DNA from: Phycisphaerae bacterium
Lineage (GTDB): Bacteria; Planctomycetota; Phycisphaerae; UBA1845
Assembly (NCBI GenBank): GCA_963666835.2
Contig: CAXXGO010000001.1
Span: forward strand, 1,120,001-1,184,000
DNA length: 64,000 nucleotides
Direction of reading: 5' to 3'
Shown here: positions 9,435 to 18,601 of the stretch, one piece after another
Layout of the letters: every line of letters begins with the position of its first letter
Numbering within the stretch: the first letter of the stretch is position 1
Position numbers and translations under genes: made by a program
Notes under the pieces: model-generated
What the model saw: only the letters and a program-made list of their open reading frames with translations
Told to the model about the DNA's origin: nothing
The model's database searches: none

Positions 9435-10622
9435 TCAGACAGCAACGACCATAGGGTCCTCGGGCTGGCCCGTTCCCGGACGAGATTTCTTTCGAAGTCG
9501 CTTCCTTGCCGTTCTTGCCGGACGGCGTTTCTTTGATGCTGTCCGTGGACGATCCGGCGGATCGTCCATGTAGTCGATCTCCTTTTTCCACATCACGTGT
9601 ACCACACGCGTCAAATCGTGAGCCACGGTGATGTAGCCGCGATTGCGGTCCTTCTTCCCCCCGTCTGTGCGTCGGTCAAAGATCTCCCGAAAACGCTTAT
9701 CCTTCCGTACTGCGCCGCGGGCGGCCTCGATAAACGCCCATTTCAGCGTACGGCGACCGATCCGTCCCACATGCCGCCCCTTGGGTGTCTCATCGTCCTC
9801 ATCACCGCTGTCGTCCGCGCGCGGAGCCAACAAGGCGTACGAAGCCAAGTGTTTCCGGTTTGGGAATCGGCTGATTCGTCCGATCTCCGCCAGAATCGTA
9901 TACGCCAAAACCACGTCAATCCCCGGGATCGTACGCAAGCGTTCGCCGTTTGGATCCTTCTTGAGCTCCCGGCGAATTTCTCGCGTGACCCGTGCAATCT
10001 GGCGACGCACATGATCGAGCAATTGCAGATACCCCTTCAACGCAGCCTTCGCGCTGGCTCGAAGCGTCTCATCCTTCGGCGTTACCAGACCATCCAACAT
10101 ACGCCGGCCGGCCCGGCCGAAAAGGTCGGAAAACTCATGCAAGATCCCGTGCCGATGCAGGATGGCGTGAATCTGATTCTTGAGCCGCGTCTGCATCTGC
10201 ACCAAGCTCATTCGGTACCGCATCCGTTCTCGCTCGTCCCGAACCGCCCGCGGCGCCAGCCAGACCTCCCACCACCGCGACTTCTCCGACCACAGCTCCG
10301 ACAACAGATCTGCATCCGTCCGGTTGGACTTCGCGATTCCCCGAACCTCCCGCCAGCCAGCCACTTTCCGACTCGATGCCAAGTGCGGATCCAACCCCGC
10401 CGCGGTCAACTCGTCCGCCAACCAGCCCCACCCGAACGTCCCCTCGAGAATCACGGGAGTCCCAACCGGCCAAGACTGCAGGCGTTCTCGTACCTCGTCC
10501 CGATTCCAGTGCTCGAGACGCTGCCGCCATACAATCCTGTTGTCTTCTCCCCGTGCCGTCACCGAGCTGAACTTCCTGTGGCTATCCAAGCCAATCTGCG
10601 CTACCATTCTGTCCTTCTTCAT
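9435..10622 (-). CDS. IS110 family transposase/recombinase
   Basis: RuvC-like IGLD, LEGT, KSNRTDA; C-terminal TIPGID...AEIG.ISRF...LASYALLAP..DSG. Confidence 0.95.
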   Translation of the reverse strand: MKKDRMVAQIGLDSHRKFSSVTARGEDNRIVWRQRLEHWNRDEVRERLQSWPVGTPVILEGTFGWGWLADELTAAGLDPHLASSRKVAGWREVRGIAKSNRTDADLLSELWSEKSRWWEVWLAPRAVRDERERMRYRMSLVQMQTRLKNQIHAILHRHGILHEFSDLFGRAGRRMLDGLVTPKDETLRASAKAALKGYLQLLDHVRRQIARVTREIRRELKKDPNGERLRTIPGIDVVLAYTILAEIGRISRFPNRKHLASYALLAPRADDSGDEDDETPKGRHVGRIGRRTLKWAFIEAARGAVRKDKRFREIFDRRTDGGKKDRNRGYITVAHDLTRVVHVMWKKEIDYMDDPPDRPRTASKKRRPARTARKRLRKKSRPGTGQPEDPMVVAV

Positions 10623-10768
10623 GGTCGTCTCCCTATTGGTCCTCCCGACCGCCGAACGGACATCCTACCGTCCGGCGGGAGACAGCCTTTCATGCGATTA
10701 CCACTACAAAACGGCCAAAGCCCAGCTGAGACGGTAGCCCAGCGCCGGGCAGAGCCCGACCTACTAAG

Positions 10769-11803
10769 CTACGTGCCGCGGTTGACCTTGGCCAGCCATT
10801 CCGGAACGATTGTCTCCAGAAGCCTCGGTGGGAAGCTCCGCGCGGTCACCGCGCGGACTTGGGCGTCCGTCTCGGCATTAGCCAGTTCCCGGATGTACCG
10901 CTGCAGGTGCTTCCGACCGGAAGAGTCGGAGAGCAGGTACACCACAAGCGTATACGCTTCGGCATACGCCAGATGCCGTCGTGGGACCGACAGCCCTGCC
11001 ACATGCTTTCGGCTGTAGAATTCCGCCGGGCTTGAGTGGAGGAGTTCGTCCAGCGGGATCAACTGCCGCACTGAGGCGCCCTCTCTAACGATGCGGAAGT
11101 ACCCGGACGCAGGGCGATCGAAAGCCAGACCTTTCCCGGTTACGCGGGCGGTTCCATAGTACGTGGCGAGCCCCTCGTTGAGCCAAGTCGGCATCGCGGG
11201 GACGTATCGGGCAACGAACTGGTGGAAAGCCTCGTGAAAGAGGACCCCGTAAGTCTTGTTCTTGTCTCCCGCATCGCAGATGATCAGCAACTGCCTCGCC
11301 GGAACGAACAACCCGGTGGTGTGCTCCACGTGCTCTCCGAAATAGGCTCCGCCGAATTCGTTATACTCGGCGAGCGTTGCGAAGATCACGACCTTGAACC
11401 GTTCGTCTTTCGGAGCCGGTTCGCTCCGTTCGGTCGCGGAATCCTCCGGACGTTCCTTGCCATGACGATCTTCCGCACGTACGTCCGGCCCAGCCTGTTT
11501 CGTCTGGGGATGATCTGCGAGCAGCTCCGTGAAGCCGTCGGCGTATTCGCGATAGATGTACTCGAGGCAGCGTCCGAACTGAGCCAAACGCTCGTCGGAG
11601 ACGGTTCCACTAAGCGAGTAGTGGTCGGTCTGTCGGCGAATCGTCAGCCTTCCCAGGTCTTCTTTCAGGTCACGAGTCTGGCACCACGCTGAGGTGGTAG
11701 CCCATAGCATACCCGCGCAGGCCAAACATGCTAACTCATAGAGGCGATGTTCTGCGCCGCGGTTTCGCTTCACACCGAACCTACTTGGCAATTGCAGGGT
11801 CAT
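10769..11803 (-). CDS. Exported HExxH metallopeptidase-like protein (DUF1570/peptidase MA-like)
   Basis: HEAFHQ...PTWLNEGLATY; N-terminal hydrophobic segment. Confidence 0.8.
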   Translation of the reverse strand: MTLQLPSRFGVKRNRGAEHRLYELACLACAGMLWATTSAWCQTRDLKEDLGRLTIRRQTDHYSLSGTVSDERLAQFGRCLEYIYREYADGFTELLADHPQTKQAGPDVRAEDRHGKERPEDSATERSEPAPKDERFKVVIFATLAEYNEFGGAYFGEHVEHTTGLFVPARQLLIICDAGDKNKTYGVLFHEAFHQFVARYVPAMPTWLNEGLATYYGTARVTGKGLAFDRPASGYFRIVREGASVRQLIPLDELLHSSPAEFYSRKHVAGLSVPRRHLAYAEAYTLVVYLLSDSSGRKHLQRYIRELANAETDAQVRAVTARSFPPRLLETIVPEWLAKVNRGT

Positions 11804-12699
11804 TCCTCGTTGGTCATTTCGTATTCGCAGATTGCCTCGGGCAAGTACTCGATGATGTCTCCGGCGGTCATTGATCTGCGCCCAAGCTCCTCGGCGGCGA
11901 AATCACCGGCCAGCCCGTGCAGGTATACGCCCAGAATGGCGGCCTCCAAAGAAGGTGTGCCCTGGCCCAGCAGCGCGGCGATGACCCCCGTTAAAACGTC
12001 CCCGGCTCCGCCCGTGGCCATGCCCGCGTTGCCGGTCTCGTTGATGTACATCCGATCGCCGTTGGTGACCACTGTTCCCGGTCCCTTGAGCGCCACATTG
12101 CAGCCGTAGGTTTCCACGAGAGCGCAGGCGGCGGCGCGCCGGGTGGCCGCGTCATTAGTAACAGGCTCTTTGCGACCGCGGGCATCCAGCAATCGCCGCA
12201 TCTCACCCGGGTGGGGAGTGAGTACGATGCGGTTGGCCTGGGGGATTTCGAACGGGTCAGCGGCCGCCAACAGATTCAGCCCGTCGGCGTCCACCACCAT
12301 CGGCCCGGAGAAACCGATCAGAATCTCGGCGACTACGGAAGGTCCGAGGGTGTGCCCGAGCCCCGGACCAAGTGCCACGACGTCGGCATGGAAGGCGCTC
12401 ACCGCTTCGAGAATGTCGGCCGCGGTGTCCTGCAAAGTGCCGACGGTTGCGCATGGTGCCAATCCCGCCGCGGCCGTTCGGATCGGCTCGGGGACCAGAA
12501 GCTGAACGAGTCCGGCGCCGCTGCGAAACGCGGCGTTGGCCGCCATTGCCGGGGCGCCGACCATTACGACGGCGTTGTAGCAGCCGCCGATGATCACGAT
12601 TCGTCCCACGTTTCCTTTGTGCGCATGGGGGCTCCGTTCCGGAAGGGGGGCGATCTCGCGCGTGATTATGATGTCTTCCCGAGGCATATTCCGTTTCAA
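11800..12699 (-). CDS. nnrD: ADP-dependent NAD(P)H-hydrate dehydratase
   Basis: HKG..G, GAGLV, GPGLG, VDADGL, LTPHPGE, GGAGDVLTG. Confidence 0.93.
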   Translation of the reverse strand: MKRNMPREDIIITREIAPLPERSPHAHKGNVGRIVIIGGCYNAVVMVGAPAMAANAAFRSGAGLVQLLVPEPIRTAAAGLAPCATVGTLQDTAADILEAVSAFHADVVALGPGLGHTLGPSVVAEILIGFSGPMVVDADGLNLLAAADPFEIPQANRIVLTPHPGEMRRLLDARGRKEPVTNDAATRRAAACALVETYGCNVALKGPGTVVTNGDRMYINETGNAGMATGGAGDVLTGVIAALLGQGTPSLEAAILGVYLHGLAGDFAAEELGRRSMTAGDIIEYLPEAICEYEMTNEE

Positions 12700-13460
12700 T
12701 CCGTACCGGTCCGTGCCCGTCGGTTTATCAGAGCGGCGGTGTAGCCGGCTCCGAAGCCATTATCGATATTGACGACCGTTACCCCGGCCGCACAACTGTT
12801 GAGCATTCCCAATAACGCGGCCAGCCCGTGGAAGCTGGCGCCGTATCCTACGCTGGTAGGAACCGCGATAACCGGGCATTCGACCAGCCCGCCGACCACG
12901 CTGGCAAGGGCGCCCTCCATTCCGGCCACAACCACTGCGACACTGGCGGCCTGTAAGCCTTCGCAATAAGCCAAGAGCCGGTGAATCCCCGCGACTCCCA
13001 CATCCAGATAGGACGCGGTGGTCTGGTCCATCATCTCGGCGGTAATCCGAGCCTCTTCGGCTACGGGCAGATCGCTGGTGCCCGCCGCGACGATGGCGAT
13101 AGTGCCCGTGCCGGGTACCCGTTCGCGCTGCCGAAGGGTGATGACGCGCGGGGCCTCGTGGAACTCGGCCTGGGGCTGGATCTGTGACACTGCTTTGTAC
13201 ATCTCGGGGGTAGCACGCGTTGCCAGTACATTGCCGCCCGCCTTGGCGCACCGTTCGAACACGGCCGCAACATGTTCGGGTGTCTTGTATTCGCAGTAGA
13301 TCACCTCGGGGAACCCGCAGCGGATAGACCGGTGGTGATCGATCTTGGCGAAGCCGAGATCCTCGAACGGCATGTTCTTAAGCCGCGCGACGGCCTCATC
13401 CACAGACTGTCCGCCTGCGCGCACCAACTCCAGCAGATCTCGCAAAGCCTGCTCGTCCAT
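12696..13460 (-). CDS. larB: Nickel pincer cofactor biosynthesis protein LarB
   Basis: DHHR..RCGFPE, AGTSDLPVAEEA, DVGVAGIHRL, AGMEGAL, PTSVGYG, VNIDNGFGA. Confidence 0.94.
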   Translation of the reverse strand: MDEQALRDLLELVRAGGQSVDEAVARLKNMPFEDLGFAKIDHHRSIRCGFPEVIYCEYKTPEHVAAVFERCAKAGGNVLATRATPEMYKAVSQIQPQAEFHEAPRVITLRQRERVPGTGTIAIVAAGTSDLPVAEEARITAEMMDQTTASYLDVGVAGIHRLLAYCEGLQAASVAVVVAGMEGALASVVGGLVECPVIAVPTSVGYGASFHGLAALLGMLNSCAAGVTVVNIDNGFGAGYTAALINRRARTGTD

Positions 13461-13610
13461 AACGTATGCAGTGTAGGAAGATGCGGCCGACTCGGCAAAC
13501 CGGCAGAATACGCGGCCCCCCCTTAATTGCCTACTTTGCCAAGTGTCGTTTCCGCGCGCAACTCCGTATTTGGAGATTAGAGCCCTTCGCGGCGCCGCCG
13601 TATTTCGCGG

Positions 13611-16600
13611 TTACGCCCTTGCGAGGGCGATCACCAGCGGATTGCCGTCGATCTTAACGTCGATACGCCCAAGATCCGTGGCCGGAGGCTCGGTAAGCAG
13701 CTCGACGGCCAGCGTTTCGTTCTTGATGTAGTCCCCACACTGCTCGATGGCATCGTGGAGACCTTCGGCGTCGGTGGAGAGCCCCAGCCGGATGCGGTCG
13801 GCAATGTCCAGCCCGGCCTCCTTACGCAGATTCTGCACGTTCCTGACGATATCGCGCGCAAGCCCTTCGTTCTTGAGCTGCGGCGTAAGCCGGGTGTCGA
13901 GTAGGGTAACAGTCGGCCCGTCGCTTGCTCCAGCCCAGGCGTCTTGATACGACCGCGAGACGGTCAGATCTTCGGACGCGACTGGGAGGGCGTTGCCGTC
14001 AATCTCGATCATGACCGGTTCATTCTGGGCGAGTTTCTTCTCGACCGACGCGCCGTCGAGTTCGGCAATTGCGGCCCGGGCCGCGGAGACATTGCGCCCG
14101 AACTTCGGACCGAGGGTCTTCATATTGGGCTCGACGAGGACCGTAACCATATCGTCCGCCGAGTCGCGCAGGGTCACTTTCTTGACGTTCAGCTCTTCAA
14201 GGAAGTGGTCCTGGAACAGCTCCACGGCTTGCCGCTCCGCGTCGTTGCCCGGCACGATCAGCAGCTCCGCCAGCGGCTGTCGGACCTTCAGCTTCGACTC
14301 CTTCCGGGCAGCGCGGGCCAAGGACATCAATCGCAACGAAGCAGCCACATGCGCCGAAAGCGTTTCGTCGATCATCGTCTCATCCACTTCGGGGAATGGG
14401 ACATGGTGTACACTGGCGGCAGCGCCTGTGGTCTGCTCAGCGACAAGGTTCTGGTAGATCGTCTCCGCCATGAACGGGACGATCGGAGCCACGAGTCGGT
14501 TGAACGTGGTCAGAACCTGATAGAGGGTAGCGTACGCCGCCCTTTTGTCCGCCGGCCAGCCCTCACCGTAGAACCGCCGGCGCGAACGCCGTACGTACCA
14601 GGTGCTCAGCACCTCGACGAAACGCTCGGCTTCCACGGTGAACGCGGCGACGTCGAATCCGCTGTAGGCCTCATGGGCTGTGCGGATCAACCGGTGCAGG
14701 TCCGAGAGGATCCAACGGTCGAGCAGCGAGCGATCTTCCGGTTGCGCGGTGTGCTCCGCCGGCTTGAAGTCGTCCACCCGGGCCAGATTGCAGAAGAAGG
14801 AATAGACGTTCCACCATGGGATGATTACGGCACGGCGGGTGTCATTACAGTGGGCCGGACCGAAGAGCACGTTTCGTTCCGGGGCGGCTGAGGCGTACAG
14901 CCAGCGCATCACATCGACGCCGATCTCGTCGGCGGCGGCGTTGAACTCGATGGCGTTGCCGGCCGATTTGTGCATCGGCTTGCCGTCGTCGTCCATCACC
15001 AACCCGTGCCCTTTGAGGACCTTGAACGGCGATCGGTCGACCATCATCGTGCTGACCGCCAGCAAGGCGTAGAACCAGTTGCGAAACTGCCCAGGGAGAG
15101 CTTCCACGATGAACTCGGCGGGGAACCACTTCTCCCAATACTCTCGGTCGGAGAAGTAGCCCATTGTGGACAATGACACGATGCTGGCATCGAGCCACGG
15201 GTTGCCCACGTCTTTGACCCGGGCGACGTTCTCCTGGCCGCACTGAGCGCAACGGATCTTGACGGCATCAACCCAGGGGCGATGAGGGGAGTGTCCCTCG
15301 TACTGCTCCCAGCCGCTGACCGCCCGGGCCTTCAGTTCGTCATGCCCGCCGATCACCTCGAAATGCCCGCAGTCGTGGCATTCCCAGATCGGCAGCGCCA
15401 GACCCCAGTAACGCTTCTTCGAGATCATCCAATCGCCCATGTTGTGGAGCCAGTCGAGCTCGCGCTCCAAGCCCCATGAGGGGATCCACCGGGCCTGGCG
15501 GGCGGAATCCATGATTCGCTCGCGCCAATTCATGTTGATGAACCACTCGTCCACCAGGCGGTAGACCAGCTCCTCTTTACAGCGCCAGCAGTGCGGGTAG
15601 CGGTGGTAATACTGCTCCTTGGCGAGAAGTTTTCCGCGTTTTTTGAGGTCGGCGACTACTTCATCGGCCACCTGATCGAAACGCCGGCCGGCGAGGAACC
15701 CAAACTCCGGCCGAAAGGTCCCGTTCTCGAATAGGGGAGCGACTTGCGGCAGTCCCAGCTCCTTTCCGAGGTGGTAGTCTTCGCTACCGCAACCGGGGGC
15801 AATGTGGACGATTCCCGTACCCTCAGACTCGGTAACCTCATCCCAGGCAATGACGCGGTGGGCGGGCACGGCCTCGGCGGCGCCGGCGAGCATGTCGAAC
15901 GGACCTTCGTAAGTAAGCCCGACGAGCGACTCGCCGCTGACTTCTTCAACAACCTCGAAGGGCCCGTTGTTTTTGAAAAGGGCTTGAATCGACATCAGCC
16001 CCGGGACTTTGCCTTTGCCTGCATCGGCAATCGGGTGCGCTCGGGCGTTTTCGAAGTTGGCTTTGCCGACATAGAAGTACTCGTCGCCCTGTTTGACCTT
16101 CACATAAGTCATTTCCGAGCCGACGGCGGCGCCGACGTTCGAGCTGAGAGTCCAGGGCGTTGTGGTCCAGACCAGCAGGTTCTCGCCGGGGCGTTCCTTG
16201 AGCGGGAACTTGACGAAGACGGAAGTGTGCGGCACCTCGCGGTACCCTTCGTTCATCTCCATCTGGCTGAGCCCGGTCCCGCAGCGCGGGCACCAGGGCA
16301 TGACATCGAAACCCTTGTAGACCAACCCCTTCTCGTGGCACTTCTTCAGAAACGCCCAGATACCGAAGTTGTTCTCGTCCGACATCGTGTAGTAGGAGTT
16401 CTCCCAATCCATCCAGTATCCGAGCCGTTTGGATTGCTCGGTCTGCACGGCCGCGAACTTGTTGGCCCGCGCCTTGCACTCCTCGACGAACCGGTCGATT
16501 CCGTAGGATTCGATTTCCTTCTTGTCCTTGAAGCTATGTTCCTTCTCGACCTCGACCTCGACCCAGAGTCCCTGGCAATCGAATCCGTTCTGATAGCGCA

Positions 16601-16838
16601 GCTCGCGTCCCAGGGCGGCCTGGTACCGCTGATAGATGTCCTTGTAGGTTCTTCCCCAGGCGTGATGGACCCCCATTGGGTTGTTGGCGGTTATCGGTCC
16701 GTCGAGGAACGACCACCTCGGTTTGCCCCGGTTAATCTCCCGGAGTTTCTCGAAGGCCTGGGTCTGTTCCCAGTACGCCAGCACTTCCCGCTCTTGCGCG
16801 GGGAAATCCACCTTCGGGTCAACCTTCTGGAACGCCAT
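13611..16838 (-). CDS. ileS: Isoleucine--tRNA ligase (type 2)
   Basis: DGPITANNPMGVHH, WTTTPWTL, GTGIVHIAP, DWMISKKRYWG, PMHKS; GGAG RBS before ATG 16838. Confidence 0.96.
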   Translation of the reverse strand: MAFQKVDPKVDFPAQEREVLAYWEQTQAFEKLREINRGKPRWSFLDGPITANNPMGVHHAWGRTYKDIYQRYQAALGRELRYQNGFDCQGLWVEVEVEKEHSFKDKKEIESYGIDRFVEECKARANKFAAVQTEQSKRLGYWMDWENSYYTMSDENNFGIWAFLKKCHEKGLVYKGFDVMPWCPRCGTGLSQMEMNEGYREVPHTSVFVKFPLKERPGENLLVWTTTPWTLSSNVGAAVGSEMTYVKVKQGDEYFYVGKANFENARAHPIADAGKGKVPGLMSIQALFKNNGPFEVVEEVSGESLVGLTYEGPFDMLAGAAEAVPAHRVIAWDEVTESEGTGIVHIAPGCGSEDYHLGKELGLPQVAPLFENGTFRPEFGFLAGRRFDQVADEVVADLKKRGKLLAKEQYYHRYPHCWRCKEELVYRLVDEWFINMNWRERIMDSARQARWIPSWGLERELDWLHNMGDWMISKKRYWGLALPIWECHDCGHFEVIGGHDELKARAVSGWEQYEGHSPHRPWVDAVKIRCAQCGQENVARVKDVGNPWLDASIVSLSTMGYFSDREYWEKWFPAEFIVEALPGQFRNWFYALLAVSTMMVDRSPFKVLKGHGLVMDDDGKPMHKSAGNAIEFNAAADEIGVDVMRWLYASAAPERNVLFGPAHCNDTRRAVIIPWWNVYSFFCNLARVDDFKPAEHTAQPEDRSLLDRWILSDLHRLIRTAHEAYSGFDVAAFTVEAERFVEVLSTWYVRRSRRRFYGEGWPADKRAAYATLYQVLTTFNRLVAPIVPFMAETIYQNLVAEQTTGAAASVHHVPFPEVDETMIDETLSAHVAASLRLMSLARAARKESKLKVRQPLAELLIVPGNDAERQAVELFQDHFLEELNVKKVTLRDSADDMVTVLVEPNMKTLGPKFGRNVSAARAAIAELDGASVEKKLAQNEPVMIEIDGNALPVASEDLTVSRSYQDAWAGASDGPTVTLLDTRLTPQLKNEGLARDIVRNVQNLRKEAGLDIADRIRLGLSTDAEGLHDAIEQCGDYIKNETLAVELLTEPPATDLGRIDVKIDGNPLVIALARA

Positions 16839-16968
16839 CGATCTCTCCTGCCTTGCTGCTACGACCACCTCAGGGTCTGTTTCGGGGCGGCTTCGGGCTC
16901 TACCACCGGCACAGCCGGCCCAACCGGACGCAGTCCGTACCGATACCGGTGTGGACTGTGAACTTCGC

Positions 16969-16997
16969 ACTATAACCAGGTTGGCACTCGACGTGAA
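16969..16997 (-). promoter_or_regulatory. Putative sigma70 promoter for ileS
   Basis: Minus strand TTCACG-17 bp-TATAGT. Confidence 0.4.
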
Positions 16998-17059
16998 TCG
17001 CCGTCATCACCCGGATCGCCGGGGTGGGATCCTCCCGGCCGGCCCGCGGCATACGCCGC

Positions 17060-17182
17060 TTGCTCAAGACGGGCGCCAATCACGACGATAGGCTCTGTGA
17101 GGCTGTGGGTCTCCACCCGAAAGGGTGTGCAGCCTAACTAAGAGGGTCCGGGTATCGGCGAGCCCGGGCTCTCGTTTTTTTT
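17060..17182 (+). ncRNA. Candidate structured small RNA, family unassigned
   Basis: caccc-gaaa-gggtg hairpin inside an aggctg/cagcct stem; ends in a plus-strand terminator with no plus-strand ORF upstream. Confidence 0.45.
17142..17182 (+). terminator. Intrinsic terminator-like hairpin with T8 tail
   Basis: gagggtccggg...cccgggctctc followed by gtttttttt. Confidence 0.65.
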
Positions 17183-17227
17183 ACGTTACCGCCAAGTCGG
17201 CGATCCGACGCACGCCTGCCTCGGTCG

Positions 17228-17848
17228 CTAGTCTTCGATCGGGGTGATCTTGCCGGCGTTCTCCAGGAGCTCACAGAGAGCCACGGCCGCCTCTTGCGGC
17301 GACATCTTGGCGGCGTCGATTACCAGCTCCGGCTTCTCCGGAGCCTCGTAGGGGTCATCGATTCCGGTGAATCCTCTGATCTCGCCAGCCCGGGCCTTCT
17401 TGTACAGTCCTTTTGGATCCCGCTGCTCGCACACCTCCAACGGAGCGTCGCAGAAGACTTCAAAGAAGCTGTCAACTCCTACGGTCTCACGGGCGGCGTT
17501 GCGATCGGCAAGATACGGACTGATGAACGACGTGATCGTGATCAACCCGGCGTCGACGAACAGCTTGCCCACCTCCGCGATGCGGCGGATGTTCTCTTCG
17601 CGATCCTCGGCGCTGAAACCCAGGTTCTTGTTGAGCCCGTGGCGAATGTTGTCGCCATCCAGCACGTAACAGAGATGCCCGCGCTGAACCAGGGCATGCT
17701 CCAGGGTGAAGGCGATCGTGCTCTTGCCCGAGCCACTCAATCCGGTCAACCAGATCAGAGCCCCCTTCTGCTTAAGTAGCGTCTCGCGTTCCTCACGATT
17801 AACGTGGCCCTCATGCCAGGTGATGTTGGTGGCTTTGATCTTCGTCAC
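17228..17848 (-). CDS. cysC: Adenylyl-sulfate kinase
   Basis: WLTGLSGSGKST, LDGDNIRHGL, RDPKGLY, FTGIDDPYE. Confidence 0.97.
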   Translation of the reverse strand: MTKIKATNITWHEGHVNREERETLLKQKGALIWLTGLSGSGKSTIAFTLEHALVQRGHLCYVLDGDNIRHGLNKNLGFSAEDREENIRRIAEVGKLFVDAGLITITSFISPYLADRNAARETVGVDSFFEVFCDAPLEVCEQRDPKGLYKKARAGEIRGFTGIDDPYEAPEKPELVIDAAKMSPQEAAVALCELLENAGKITPIED

Positions 17849-18000
17849 AGATACGTCCTTCTCTTAGCGACCAGGCAAACTCGTCCGCAAACTCGACCGG
17901 CAGTATAGAACCCGCCTCCCGCGCTCTCAAGCAAGCCGGACTCCCGCAGCAACAGAGTGTCTGCAACAGGATGTTCGCGTAGTTTGGGTCCGGTCGCCCC

Positions 18001-18155
18001 GCAACACAGCCTTCCAGCCTGCCGTCCCCGCGCCAAGCGAGAAGGGCCGTAACGCAGGCTTCCAGCCTGCCTCCCTGATCAAACAGAAGGGCAACGTAAG
18101 CCGCGAACACCCCGTAACGCAGGCTTCCAGCCTGCCTCCCTACGCCAAGCGAGAA
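18001..18155. repeat. Three REP-like direct repeats gtaacgcaggcttccagcctgc
   Basis: Identical 30-mers at 18047-18076 and 18112-18141, degenerate copy at ~18001; gcaggct/agcctgc palindrome. Confidence 0.8.
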
Positions 18156-18601
18156 AGCGACGCGTCTCGCGGCCTCGTACCTCAAGCAGCTAAGGCCCAT
18201 TGTTGCACTTTAGCGTCAATATCCGCAGTTTTACAGGATTCCCTCTTGACTTTGCTCAAAGTGGGGGGTATGGCTAAATATCGGACCCGCCATGCCTGTG
18301 CCGCGGCGAATCCGAAGGAGGCAGAGGTTTCGCGCGCGGATGGCGGGACTTTGCTTTCGCCGGTCATCGTCCGGCGCGGCGAGGGTCGCTGCAGGTCTGG
18401 CGTGATGGAGGCGCGGGCCGGGCAGACCATTGATCGGCTCAAGGCGGATTGCCGATCTGCCGCGCCAGTGGCAGTTAGGAGGAATGCTCCCACGCTTACA
18501 GGAGCAGACTTTCTCAGGTCTCTTCTTGCGGCCTGACGTATGAAGCGAGCGGTAACGGAGGTTAAGCGGTTCGATCACTCTCATACAGGGAGGTTTGTGC
18601 G

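Larger units (their letters stand above)
8882..10700 (-). mobile_element. IS110-family insertion sequence, IS1111-type (sub-terminal inverted repeats, long downstream non-coding end)
   Basis: Inverted repeat catgaaaggc 8886-8895 / gcctttcatg 10685-10694; TA just outside each; single transposase; ~550 bp non-coding region after the stop. Confidence 0.85.

Noticed and set aside
9597..11018. 473-aa plus-strand ORF (also 15744-16961, 21718-23028, 7190-8233)
   Set aside because: Antisense to well-supported genes; typical high-GC shadow ORFs.
17090..17140. T-box leader for ileS (gggtggagacc on the minus strand)
   Set aside because: No proper T-box consensus or following terminator on that strand, and it lies upstream of the putative ileS promoter.
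18001..18155. Possible mini-CRISPR
   Set aside because: Only three units, uneven spacing, spacers share sequence (cgccaagcgagaa), no cas genes; REP-like instead.
18480..18540. Glycine riboswitch (ggagcagactttctcagg)
   Set aside because: Only a partial motif; the GGAGA and CCGAAG elements are not correctly placed.
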